Assembly: GCA_963805085.1 (NCBI GenBank)
Contig: CAWDTA010000001.1
Span: 96,001-160,000 of the forward strand
Direction: 5' to 3'
DNA from: an uncultured Veillonellaceae bacterium
GTDB lineage: Bacteria > Bacillota > Negativicutes > JARBTT01
Length of the DNA stretch: 64,000 nt
The notes below the pieces were generated by a model, which worked only from the letters and a program-made list of their open reading frames with translations, ran no database searches and was not told the origin of the DNA. The position numbers and the translations under genes were made by a program. Numbering within the stretch: position 1 is the stretch's first letter; the number at the start of each line of letters is the position of its first letter. Below are positions 1 through 9,214 of the stretch, piece by piece.

Positions 1-1
1 T

Positions 2-613
2 TCACAAGTTGAAATTATTGAACAAATGGATGAACAGCGGGCATCTGATTTATTAGAAGAAATGCCACCAGATGAGGCGGCAGATATTCTAGTGGAAATG
101 ACTGCAGAAAAATCAGAGGGATTACTCAACCTGATGGAAGTGGATGATGCCGAGGAAGTGCGCGAACTTATGCAGTATGAAGAAGGTACTGCCGGGGCAT
201 TGATGACAACAGAATTTATTGCCTTTTCTGCAGATCTTACGCCTGAAGAGGTTATCAATCAGCTCAGAGAGCTGGCACCAGAAGCAGAAACTATTTATTA
301 TTTATATGTGGTGGATCAGGAAGAACATTTGCAGGGGGTTCTGTCTTTACGTGAACTCATTGTGGCATCGCCAAAGGCAACATTGCGTCAATTGATGCAT
401 ACGAAACTGAGAACAGTGCATCCGGAAGAAGATCATCAACGTGTTGCAGAGGTTATCAATAAATATGGATTGCTGGCCGTACCTGTAGTTGATGGGCAAG
501 GGATTATTTTGGGGATTGTCACGGTTGATGATATTGTTGACATTTTAATACCGGAACGTGGCAAAATGGATACATATTCTTGGTTCGCCCTTAGTAAGTG
601 GGGTGGTAGATGA
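2..613 (+). CDS. MgtE N-terminal/CBS-pair domain protein, soluble, no transmembrane domain (5' partial)
   Basis: Frame is open from the window edge. LEEMPPDEAADIL repeats, YEEGTAGALMTTEF, YYLYVVD..L.GVLSLRELI and GIVTVDDIVD are MgtE cytosolic motifs. Ends about 20 aa after the CBS pair. Confidence 0.85.
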   Translation, partial: SQVEIIEQMDEQRASDLLEEMPPDEAADILVEMTAEKSEGLLNLMEVDDAEEVRELMQYEEGTAGALMTTEFIAFSADLTPEEVINQLRELAPEAETIYYLYVVDQEEHLQGVLSLRELIVASPKATLRQLMHTKLRTVHPEEDHQRVAEVINKYGLLAVPVVDGQGIILGIVTVDDIVDILIPERGKMDTYSWFALSKWGGR

Positions 614-1878
614 TGAAAAATATGCGTGCTCGTTTAGGTTTATTCTTAGCAGTAATGGGACCAGGTGTTGTTACTGCCTTTGCTGATAATGATGCTGGTG
701 GTATCGCTACCTATGCTGCTGCTGGTGCAACATATGGGTATGATCTATTATTTACCCTATTGATTAGCACGGTTTGTCTCGCCATTGCGCAAGAAATTTC
801 TGCGCGGACAGGTGCTGTTACTGGGCGAGGTTTATCCGATTTGATTCGTGAGTCCTTTGGTGTCAAATGGACGTTTTTTGCCATGATTGTATTATTGATT
901 GCCAATATTGGTACGACAGCATCAGAATTTTCTGGTATTGCTACTAGTTTTGAGATGTTTGGTATCCATAAGATTATCGCAGTACCAATCATGGCCTTTG
1001 TCGTTTGGTGGTCGGTTCTTAAGGGAAATTACTCTCGGATTGAAAAATTGTTTTTTGTGTTGTGTGCCACCTTTTTAAGTTATATTATATCGGGAGTTAT
1101 TATAAATCCGCCTTGGGAGGAAGTGCTATTGGCTTCGGTTACGCCGACCTTTCATAGCGACGCGGATTTTCTCATGATGGCTATTGGTCTTATTGGTACA
1201 ACGATCACGCCTTGGGGGCAGTTTTACGTACAGGCCGCAGTCGTTGATAAAGGCATAACAGCTAAAGACTATAAATATACCTTCTGGGATGTTATGCTTG
1301 GGGCTTTCTTTACTTGGTTAATTGCATTCTTCGTCGTTGTAGCTACGGCAGCTACTCTAAATGCCAATGATATTCAAATTGAAACTGTGAAAGATGCAGC
1401 GATGGCTCTGGAGCCTTTGGCGGGGAAATATGCTAGCATGTTGTTTTCCTTTGGATTGCTCGGAGCCTCTATGCTTGCGGCATTTATTTTGCCACTCAGT
1501 AGTGCTTATGCTGTTTGTGAAGCCTTTGGCTTTGAAAGCGGGGTTAGTAAAAAGCCAAAAGAAGCGCCCATATTTTTTGGAGTCTATACGGTGATTATTT
1601 TGCTCGGGGCAGCGATCGCTCTATGGCCTGGGATATCACTAACTGCAGTTATGTTGGCATCCCAGGTTGTAAATGGAGTGTTGTTACCACCGATTCTGAT
1701 TTTCATGGTACTGATTGCTAGCAATGAATCTATTATGGGTAAGTATAAAAATTCTAACTGGTATAATATTGTCGCATGGGCGTTTACTACCGTATTAATT
1801 GTTTTAACCTTAATGTTGTTGATTTCTACGGTAGCTCCTGAATTCATGAATAGCTTCATGAAATTAATTGGATTATAA
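610..1878 (+). CDS. Nramp-family divalent metal transporter, Nramp-related Mg2+ transporter type
   Basis: About 11 hydrophobic segments. GPGVVTAFADNDAGG and GTTITPW replace the canonical DPGN and MPH motifs. ATGA overlap with the upstream gene. Confidence 0.85.
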   Translation: MMKNMRARLGLFLAVMGPGVVTAFADNDAGGIATYAAAGATYGYDLLFTLLISTVCLAIAQEISARTGAVTGRGLSDLIRESFGVKWTFFAMIVLLIANIGTTASEFSGIATSFEMFGIHKIIAVPIMAFVVWWSVLKGNYSRIEKLFFVLCATFLSYIISGVIINPPWEEVLLASVTPTFHSDADFLMMAIGLIGTTITPWGQFYVQAAVVDKGITAKDYKYTFWDVMLGAFFTWLIAFFVVVATAATLNANDIQIETVKDAAMALEPLAGKYASMLFSFGLLGASMLAAFILPLSSAYAVCEAFGFESGVSKKPKEAPIFFGVYTVIILLGAAIALWPGISLTAVMLASQVVNGVLLPPILIFMVLIASNESIMGKYKNSNWYNIVAWAFTTVLIVLTLMLLISTVAPEFMNSFMKLIGL

Positions 1879-1912
1879 ATGATTGCTTTTTATATGAAAT
1901 TTGAATACTAAA

Positions 1913-1980
1913 TTATAAAAAGAAAGTTTGAACAGAGCATGTTATATAACGAGCGCATCTGTTCAAACTTTCTTTTATAA
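1913..1980. terminator. bidirectional intrinsic terminator
   Basis: TTATAAAAAGAAAGTTTGAACAGA / TCTGTTCAAACTTTCTTTTATAA inverted repeat between convergent genes. Confidence 0.75.
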
Positions 1981-2025
1981 TTTTTCATCAATTTTTGAAA
2001 AATATGCTTGGTTTAAATCATGTAG

Positions 2026-2493
2026 TTACTGCTTTTCTGTTGCTAATACACGTAGTATTTCATCTATATCAGGCAATTGATCCATGGGATAAATTTTTGT
2101 CCAAAGTATTTTCCCCTCTTCATCCACAATGAAATTAGCACGCTCAGAAAAACCATCCTGTTCACGGAATATCCCATATTCCTTCGCTACTTTTCCATGA
2201 GGCCAAAAATCGGCAGGAAGACTCATGTTTTTAATCGATAAGCAGGATGCCCAAACCTTTTTGGAAGGACCGGAATCAACACTAAAACCCATAGGGGTAG
2301 TATTTAATTTTTCGAATGTGAACCAGTTCTCTTCAAGGGCTCTCATTTGGTCCGTACAAACTGGGGTCCAAGCGAGTGGATGCCATGACAGGAGTACCTT
2401 TTTTCCTCTGAAATCGGATAAACGTATATAGGAATCATTTTGATCTGGAATAGTAAAATTTGGAGCTTCATCGCCAATAGCAAATGATTTCAT
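2026..2493 (-). CDS. peroxiredoxin (AhpC/TSA family, AhpE-like)
   Basis: GDEAPNFT, PLAWTPVCTDQ (PxxxTxxC peroxidatic motif), ADFWPHG, SERANFIVD. Confidence 0.9.
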   Translation of the reverse strand: MKSFAIGDEAPNFTIPDQNDSYIRLSDFRGKKVLLSWHPLAWTPVCTDQMRALEENWFTFEKLNTTPMGFSVDSGPSKKVWASCLSIKNMSLPADFWPHGKVAKEYGIFREQDGFSERANFIVDEEGKILWTKIYPMDQLPDIDEILRVLATEKQ

Positions 2494-2803
2494 GATATAT
2501 CCCCCTTATTTTCACTTGAAAGTTTGCTCAACTAAGTAAATGAAAAGATAACAATAGTATGATTACCATTTTTCTTATTTATAATAAAAATATATAGTCG
2601 GTTCTATATTTTATATTTTTAAGTTTGAAATAGTATTTTTATGAGGATAAGAATCCAATACTATTTTAAATTTATGAATTTTGATAAATGATAAAATTAT
2701 GATTCTTACTATTATAAATCGTTGGCTATCAGTTGATCATAATTGTGAGAACCTTGTATATCCTTTCATAAAATCTAGAATACTATTTCTGGGAGGTGTA
2801 TTT

Positions 2804-4213
2804 ATGTTAATGAATTGGCTATTGACGAAGTTAACGAATCCAGCAATGGATGATACTGTTAAAAAAATGTTTACGGAAGGCTATTCTGATAATCTTTTTC
2901 TTATGGTAACAGCCGCAGAAAAAATATCACCAAAAGCTATGTTTGAAACTGCAATGAGAGCTGAATCAGGAAAAGAGATAGCTCGTCCATTAGGAAGCCC
3001 AGTTGTATTATCGCCATGGGATAAAATCTTATTGAATCCCAAGCAATTATTTGAATTACCAACCGAAGATTATACAATGATTAATACCCAAACAATCATT
3101 GGTCCAAATGCGAAGAAACCTTTGGTTTTAGATATCCCGATTATGATTACAGGGATGTCTTATGGCGGCTCGCTTAGTTTACCTATGAAGATGGCATTAG
3201 CAAAAGGAGCCGCTATGGCAGGGACTTCTACCAACACGGGTGAGTCAGCCGTAACTAATGAAGAGCGCGATTCAGCGAAATTTTTAATTGGGCAATATCA
3301 TCGAGGTGGTCAATTAAGTGGTCCAGAACAATTAAGTCGTTTGGATGCGATTGAAATTCAACTTGGCCAAGGTGCTTGGGGAGGTGCGGTGGATGAGCCA
3401 ATGTTGGCAAGAGATATTGGCAATCATTTACGTGAGGCCTGGCATTTAGAAAAAGGCCAAGATGCTACGGTTTATTCTCGTATGCCAGGAAAGAGTACGA
3501 CGCAAGACTATATTAATATGGTCAATGCGATGAAAGAACAGTATGATGTACCTGTTGGTGTAAAAATTGCAGGAACGGATTATATAGAATATGAATTGGC
3601 TGTTATTGCTAAAACACAGGCAGATTATATCGTGATAGATGGGTCAGAAGGTGGGACGGCTTCTTCAAATCCAACGTTACAGGATAATGTTGGATTACCT
3701 ACGCTGCATACACTGGTAAGAACCGTTGCTTGGTTAACTGAAAATGGGCTAAGAGAAAAATTTAGTATTATTGTTGCGGGTGGTATGGCAACCCCTGGAC
3801 ATTTCTTAAAGGCGCTTGCGCTAGGTGCAGATGCAATTTACATTGGAACTGTTGCTCTTTTGGCGGCTATGCATACGCAAATTACGAAAGTGCTGCCACA
3901 AGCGCCGCCATCCCAACTGGCTCTGTATACAGGTAAAATGACAGATTTGTTAGATATTGATATGGCAGCAGAGCATTTAGCAAAGTATTTAAATTCATGC
4001 ACTTTAGAAATGAAACTTGCCATTCAAGCAGTTGGCAAAAGCTCTTCTAAGGAACTAAATAGTAGCGATTTGGTAACTGTAGATAAAGATCTAGCCGAGT
4101 TTATTGGAATTCGCTACGCAGCAAGTTCGCGTCAAAGTAAAGAAGAATCTGCACAAGGAAATGCAATGGGAAAAGAAAAAAAACATCATAAATCGTTTTT
4201 TCAACTGCAATAA
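2804..4213 (+). CDS. FMN-binding glutamate synthase family protein (degenerate)
   Basis: PIMITGMSYGGSLS, NTGE, VPVGVK, VIDGSEGGT, KALALGADA. Start moved to ATG 2804 after RBS GGGAGG (ORF track starts at 2681). Confidence 0.85.
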   Translation: MLMNWLLTKLTNPAMDDTVKKMFTEGYSDNLFLMVTAAEKISPKAMFETAMRAESGKEIARPLGSPVVLSPWDKILLNPKQLFELPTEDYTMINTQTIIGPNAKKPLVLDIPIMITGMSYGGSLSLPMKMALAKGAAMAGTSTNTGESAVTNEERDSAKFLIGQYHRGGQLSGPEQLSRLDAIEIQLGQGAWGGAVDEPMLARDIGNHLREAWHLEKGQDATVYSRMPGKSTTQDYINMVNAMKEQYDVPVGVKIAGTDYIEYELAVIAKTQADYIVIDGSEGGTASSNPTLQDNVGLPTLHTLVRTVAWLTENGLREKFSIIVAGGMATPGHFLKALALGADAIYIGTVALLAAMHTQITKVLPQAPPSQLALYTGKMTDLLDIDMAAEHLAKYLNSCTLEMKLAIQAVGKSSSKELNSSDLVTVDKDLAEFIGIRYAASSRQSKEESAQGNAMGKEKKHHKSFFQLQ

Positions 4214-4222
4214 AATACTATC

Positions 4223-4277
4223 GACCATAAATAAAACGGCGCATCTTGCATAGCCGTTTTATTTATGGTCTTTTTTT
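4223..4277 (+). terminator. intrinsic terminator
   Basis: GACCATAAATAAAACGGC / GCCGTTTTATTTATGGTC stem followed by a T run. Confidence 0.8.
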
Positions 4278-4331
4278 GACCTTATTCCAATAAGTTGTTA
4301 CTAAGAGCTTATAACTAAGGTGGTGCAGGTA

Positions 4332-5378
4332 GTGGAGCGTGCAAAAATACAAGCGATAGGTACTGCGACCCCACGATATTCTATAGGACAACAGGAGGTG
4401 AAAGATTTTGCTTTTAGACTATTTGGACATTCATATAAGGATATAAACCGCTTACTTACTGTATTTGATAATAAACATATTCATAAGCGGTATTTAGCAA
4501 TGCCTATGGAATGGTATGAAGAGGAGCATTCATTTGCTGAAGCGAATCTGATTTATCAGCAAGTTGGATTAGAGTTAGCGGAGCAAGCAAGTCGAGCAGC
4601 TATGCAAACAGCTGGAATAGATCCACTAGATATTGGCATGATTATAGTGATTTCCTCAACAGGAATTGCTACACCTACCTTAGATTCTACTCTGATTCAA
4701 AGGCTAGGGTTGGCAGAACATACAAAACGCGTTCCTATCTGGGGATTGGGCTGTGCGGGTGGGGTAGCTGGGCTCGCACGAGCGGCGGAGCTGGCGAAAG
4801 CGGTAACAGGAAAAGCAGTATTGCTAGTAGCAGTAGAGTTATGTAGTTTGACGTTCCAACGCAATGATTTTTCAAAAGCAAACTTAATCGGTACAAGTCT
4901 TTTCGCAGATGGTGCAGCGGCTGTATTAATCTCAGAAGATGGAGATGGACCCGAAATAGTAAAGAGCTATAGTCACCTGTTTCCTAAATCAGCAGATGTT
5001 ATGGGATGGGATATCGTAGAAACTGGTCTGAAAGTGCGATTCTCAAAAAGCATTCCGCATATTATCATGAATTTATTGCCGGCGGTTATAGAAAATTGTT
5101 GTACAATTTGGAATATAGAACAAAGAAAAATAGAATACTATGTTGTACATCCAGGTGGTGAGAAGGTTATTCTGGCATATCAAAATAGTCTTGGCTTATC
5201 AGAGGATGTATTGCAATATGCGGTTCAGGCCCTGTATGAGTATGGGAATATGTCGAGTGTTTCTATTTTATTTGAGATGAAAGAATTTATTTCTCATTCG
5301 ATAAGGAAAGGAAAGTATGGAATCATGTTAGCATTGGGACCAGGGTTTAGTGCAGAACAGGTATTGTTTTTATGGTAA
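4332..5378 (+). CDS. type III polyketide synthase (chalcone synthase family, BpsA/SrsA-like)
   Basis: Intact Cys-His-Asn triad: GLGCAGG, VVHPGG, YGNMSS; also FADGAAA and GPGF. GTG start at 4332 after AAGGTGGT (alternative 4320). Confidence 0.92.
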   Translation: MERAKIQAIGTATPRYSIGQQEVKDFAFRLFGHSYKDINRLLTVFDNKHIHKRYLAMPMEWYEEEHSFAEANLIYQQVGLELAEQASRAAMQTAGIDPLDIGMIIVISSTGIATPTLDSTLIQRLGLAEHTKRVPIWGLGCAGGVAGLARAAELAKAVTGKAVLLVAVELCSLTFQRNDFSKANLIGTSLFADGAAAVLISEDGDGPEIVKSYSHLFPKSADVMGWDIVETGLKVRFSKSIPHIIMNLLPAVIENCCTIWNIEQRKIEYYVVHPGGEKVILAYQNSLGLSEDVLQYAVQALYEYGNMSSVSILFEMKEFISHSIRKGKYGIMLALGPGFSAEQVLFLW

Positions 5379-5385
5379 TTGTAGG

Positions 5386-5904
5386 ATGATCGTTATTTTA
5401 CTAACGATCGTACTATGTCAACGGGTCATTGAGTTATATATTGCAAGGCGAAATCGCCGAATGGCTATGGCATTAGGGGCTAAGGAATACGGGGCCAATC
5501 ATTATTATCTATTTTTCGTGTTACATATAGGGTGGATCGCCGGTTGGGTAATAGAATCCTATGTGCATGGTTGGGTGCTAAGCAAGTATTGGTATATTTG
5601 GGCCATAGTACTGGTAAATGCACAAATTCTTCGTTATTGGTGCATCGCTAGTTTGGGCTATTGCTGGAATACAAGGATTTTAGTAATTCCAGGAGCGGAG
5701 CGGATCAGCGATGGCCCATATCAATTTTTGAAGCATCCTAATTATGTAGCAGTAGCACTAGAAATGATCAGTGTTCCTTTACTGTGTAATGCGTTTATCA
5801 CAGCTTTTGTCGCTAGTATCTGTAATGCATTTTTGCTATTAAAGATTCGCATTCCAGAAGAAGAAAGAGCAATCAATCAATTAAAAAATAAAGATATGAT
5901 ATGA
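5386..5904 (+). CDS. isoprenylcysteine carboxyl methyltransferase family protein (BpsB/SrsB-like)
   Basis: QRVIEL..ARRN, GAKEYG..HY, LRYWCIASLG..WNTRI, GPYQFLKHPNY, RIPEEE; lies 7 nt after the PKS stop. Confidence 0.88.
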   Translation: MIVILLTIVLCQRVIELYIARRNRRMAMALGAKEYGANHYYLFFVLHIGWIAGWVIESYVHGWVLSKYWYIWAIVLVNAQILRYWCIASLGYCWNTRILVIPGAERISDGPYQFLKHPNYVAVALEMISVPLLCNAFITAFVASICNAFLLLKIRIPEEERAINQLKNKDMI

Positions 5905-6084
5905 TGAAGTTAATCACATCTTATAAATATATTGATTTTTGCTTAAAACACGGGGTGATTATAACACTTTATTTGGACAAGCTTTCAATTAAAGCGTTTA
6001 CTATAGATTTTAGCGTGGATCAGCTTGTCTATAGTTTGACCTCAATAATTCTAAATTAGATAGAAGTTGCGTGAATACTATAAT

Positions 6085-6117
6085 GAATAAAAGTCGCCTT
6101 TTAGGCGGCTTTTGTTC
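6085..6117. terminator. bidirectional terminator
   Basis: GAATAAAAGTCGCCT / AGGCGGCTTTTGTTC hairpin between convergent genes. Confidence 0.75.
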
Positions 6118-6135
6118 GTTATAACTGCAAACGAT

Positions 6136-6558
6136 TTATTCTGCACAAAGTAAAAGTAGACCACTGGTGATGAGGGCGGCACCGATTATTTGAATGAGAC
6201 TCACTGGCTCCTGATAAAAAAAATGACTAAAGATAATAGTGACTAATGGTGCGCAAGATAAAATAAGTGATACTTCACCAATATTGCCTTTCTGGAGTGC
6301 ATAGAAATAAGCCAAGTCACCTAAAAAGGCTGCTAAGGAGGCTTCGATACTAATCGCAATCCAAAAAGATAAAGGTAATTTTGTTATATGATCATTGTAA
6401 TTGCTATATGTCAACCATACAATTGCTAATAATGCAGCAATGAGTGTACGAATAGCAAAGGCAAGCATAGGACTTACATTTGCCAAAGCTGTTTTGCCAA
6501 ATAAAGGGGCAATGCCAAGACAGAGAACGCCTAACATAGCATATAAAAAAACCATCAT
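6136..6558 (-). CDS. EamA/DMT family small transporter (single domain)
   Basis: About 5 TM helices; GIAPLFGKTAL, YFYALQKG, EPVSLIQIIGAALI; RBS GGAGG. Confidence 0.8.
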   Translation of the reverse strand: MMVFLYAMLGVLCLGIAPLFGKTALANVSPMLAFAIRTLIAALLAIVWLTYSNYNDHITKLPLSFWIAISIEASLAAFLGDLAYFYALQKGNIGEVSLILSCAPLVTIIFSHFFYQEPVSLIQIIGAALITSGLLLLCAE

Positions 6559-6701
6559 ATTCCTCCATTAGCTAGAACATATTAAAAAGTATATGAAGAA
6601 TAACAATGAAATAGAAATAAAGCTTCTATTATTCCGGTTAATGGAGATAATATTATGGAATTGAAACGACCCCCTTCATTAAAACAATTGGAGATGATGC
6701 T

Positions 6702-7286
6702 ATGAATTCTTTTCAGAAAAAAAGTTTTGTTTTATTACTAATAATCATTTTTGTCCAAGGTTTTAGTCTGATGGGAATCGTCAGTAGAGGGAACCGTGAT
6801 TTTATTGGTAACATTCTCGGAACGACATTGTTTTGGCTTGCATATACAGTTTGTGAGTATATTTATAAACTGAGGATCAACTATTATATTCGTCTAGCTG
6901 TCGTAATTTCTATTATTGGCGATGGGCTCTTGGGCTTTTATTTCAACCTTTATGTTCTATCACCGCTTTTTGATAGAATACAACATATATTTTCAGCATA
7001 TGCGCTGGCTTTATTTTTTTATTCAATAGTTATGTGCTTTATGGAAGGCGCTATTAAAATAAAATGGATGATCTTTATTTTTGTAACCGCTATCGGTATG
7101 GCGGCTGGGAGTTTTTACGAAATAATGGAGTTTGCAGTGGATGCGATTATGAAACCACAAATACTGAACCAGCCAAGTCTTCAAGATACCGATTTAGATT
7201 TGCTGAGTAATACGGTTGGCTCAGTAATTGCTGGTTTCCATTCTACGTACATTCGTGTAAGTGGTCAGGGGAATTCCCCTCGATGA
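6702..7286 (+). CDS. membrane protein, DUF2238/YjdF-like
   Basis: Several TM helices with DRIQH, YEIMEF and QDTDLDLLSN motifs; RBS GGAG. Confidence 0.6.
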   Translation: MNSFQKKSFVLLLIIIFVQGFSLMGIVSRGNRDFIGNILGTTLFWLAYTVCEYIYKLRINYYIRLAVVISIIGDGLLGFYFNLYVLSPLFDRIQHIFSAYALALFFYSIVMCFMEGAIKIKWMIFIFVTAIGMAAGSFYEIMEFAVDAIMKPQILNQPSLQDTDLDLLSNTVGSVIAGFHSTYIRVSGQGNSPR

Positions 7287-7470
7287 AAGCTAGGAATTCA
7301 TAGGGCGCTTGCTAATGGTTAGAAGATCTATTGTAGTAGATGTGTTTTTGTGTAGATATTTTTATATATACAAAATAACGACAAAAAATGATAGATGTAA
7401 ACGATGCCTAACACGATATTGCACCATAAAAATACTTTTGTATTTATTAAAAAAAATCTGGACTAAATTG

Positions 7471-7500
7471 TTGACAAGCCTTATAAAAAAGTAGTATTAT
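7471..7500 (+). promoter_or_regulatory. sigmaA-type promoter of guaB
   Basis: TTGACA-N18-TATTAT, 57 nt upstream of the start. Confidence 0.6.
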
Positions 7501-7557
7501 ACAAAACAATATCAAATGAGCTGTAAGATTAAATTTTAAGTAAAGAAGGGGTATAAA

Positions 7558-9060
7558 TTGGCATATTATTTCAGTGAACCATCACATACTTTTGGAGAAT
7601 ACTTATTAGTTCCCGGATATTCTTCTGTAGATTGTATTCCAAGTAAGGTAAGTCTAAAAACTTCACTTGTAAAATATAAAAAAGGTGAACAACCTGCAAT
7701 TACAATGAATATTCCGATGACTTCGGCGATCATGCAGGCGGTATCTGATGATAAAATGGCGATTGCCCTCGCAAAAGAAGGCGGCGTTTCTTTTATTTAT
7801 GGTTCTCAATCCATCGAAAGTGAAGCGGATATGGTCGCTAGAGTTAAAAATTATAAGTCAGGATTTGTTGGTAGTGACTCTAACATAAAACCAACAACAA
7901 CTTTGGCGGAGATTCTTGCGTTAAAAGAAAAAACTGGTCATTCTACGATGGCGGTTACTGATGATGGCACGCCTACTGGTAAATTGGTTGGTATTGTTAC
8001 GAGTCGCGATTATCGTGTAAGCAGAATGACTAAAGATACAAAAGTGGAAGAGTTTATGACCCCTTTTAGTAAATTGATTCATGCGGATTCAGATACTTCT
8101 TTAAAAGAAGCAAATGATTTAATATGGGAACATAAGTTGAATATGTTGCCATTAATTGATAAAGATCAACGTCTAACCTATATGGTATTTAGAAAAGATT
8201 ATTCTGATAACAAAGAAAATGAACATGAATTAATTGATGCTAAGAAGCGTTATATTGTTGGTGCTGGTATCAATACGCGTGATTATGCTGAACGCGTTCC
8301 TGCTTTAATTAAAGCGGGCGCAGATGTTCTCTGTATTGATTCATCAGAAGGCTTCTCAGAATGGCAAAAAATTACGTTGGAATATATTCATAAAAACTTT
8401 GGCGAGGAAGTAAGAGTTGGTGCTGGTAACGTAGTAGATAAAGAAGGTTTCCGTTTCTTGGCAGACGCTGGGGCTGACTTTATCAAAGTTGGTATTGGTG
8501 GCGGTTCTATCTGTATTACACGTGAACAAAAAGGTATAGGCCGTGGTCAGGCAACTGCTCTTATCGACGTTGTTGCAGCGCGCGATGAATATTTTAAAGA
8601 AACTGGTGTTTATATTCCAGTTTGTTCTGATGGTGGTATTGTGCATGACTATCATGTTACATTAGCCCTTGCAATTGGTGCGGATTTCATGATGCTTGGC
8701 AGATATTTCTCTCGTTTCGATGAAAGTCCTACAAATAGAGTTAAAATTAATGGTAATTACTTAAAAGAATATTGGGGTGAAGGCTCTAATCGTGCTAGAA
8801 ACTGGCAACGTTATGACATGGGCGGCGATAACAAATTATCCTTCGAAGAAGGTGTAGATTCGTATGTTCCATATGCCGGTAGCTTAAAAGATAATGTTGG
8901 TATCACATTAAGTAAAGTTCGCTCTACAATGTGCAACTGTGGGTCTCTTAGTATTCCGGAATTTAAAGAAAAAGCGAAAATTACCTTGGTGTCTTCAACG
9001 AGTATCGTTGAAGGTGGTTCCCATGATGTTATCCTTAAAGATAAATTCTCCCGTGATTAA
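7558..9060 (+). CDS. guaB: IMP dehydrogenase
   Basis: CBS pair, catalytic loop [22 protein letters not shown]; TTG start with RBS AAGGGG. Confidence 0.95.
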   Translation: MAYYFSEPSHTFGEYLLVPGYSSVDCIPSKVSLKTSLVKYKKGEQPAITMNIPMTSAIMQAVSDDKMAIALAKEGGVSFIYGSQSIESEADMVARVKNYKSGFVGSDSNIKPTTTLAEILALKEKTGHSTMAVTDDGTPTGKLVGIVTSRDYRVSRMTKDTKVEEFMTPFSKLIHADSDTSLKEANDLIWEHKLNMLPLIDKDQRLTYMVFRKDYSDNKENEHELIDAKKRYIVGAGINTRDYAERVPALIKAGADVLCIDSSEGFSEWQKITLEYIHKNFGEEVRVGAGNVVDKEGFRFLADAGADFIKVGIGGGSICITREQKGIGRGQATALIDVVAARDEYFKETGVYIPVCSDGGIVHDYHVTLALAIGADFMMLGRYFSRFDESPTNRVKINGNYLKEYWGEGSNRARNWQRYDMGGDNKLSFEEGVDSYVPYAGSLKDNVGITLSKVRSTMCNCGSLSIPEFKEKAKITLVSSTSIVEGGSHDVILKDKFSRD

Positions 9061-9073
9061 TTAGGAGTCATGA

Positions 9074-9111
9074 AACAAAAGGCATCCACCGCTTGGTAGA
9101 TGTCTTTTGTT
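9074..9111 (+). terminator. intrinsic terminator
   Basis: AACAAAAGGCATC / GATGTCTTTTGTT hairpin. Confidence 0.7.
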
Positions 9112-9214
9112 ATGTTATTTTGAATTCTTAAAATAATATGGTAAAATGAGACCAAACTATATAAGTGTAAATACAGTCAACTTAATATAAATTTGGTTTA
9201 TAGGAGGAGATCGC

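Noticed and set aside
5976-6030. GACAAGCT...AGCTTGTC inverted repeat after the methyltransferase
   Set aside because: Only 8-bp arms with a long loop; no second copy or known RNA motif recognised.
6585-6655. sigE-like (TTCTA-N16-CATATACT, minus strand) and sigF-like (GGAGATAATA) promoter matches
   Set aside because: Degenerate consensus in AT-rich DNA; cannot be supported without transcript data.
7309-7557. 61-aa ORF and a possible purine riboswitch before guaB
   Set aside because: The ORF has no convincing RBS and overlaps the promoter; the leader is too short and lacks the purine aptamer core.
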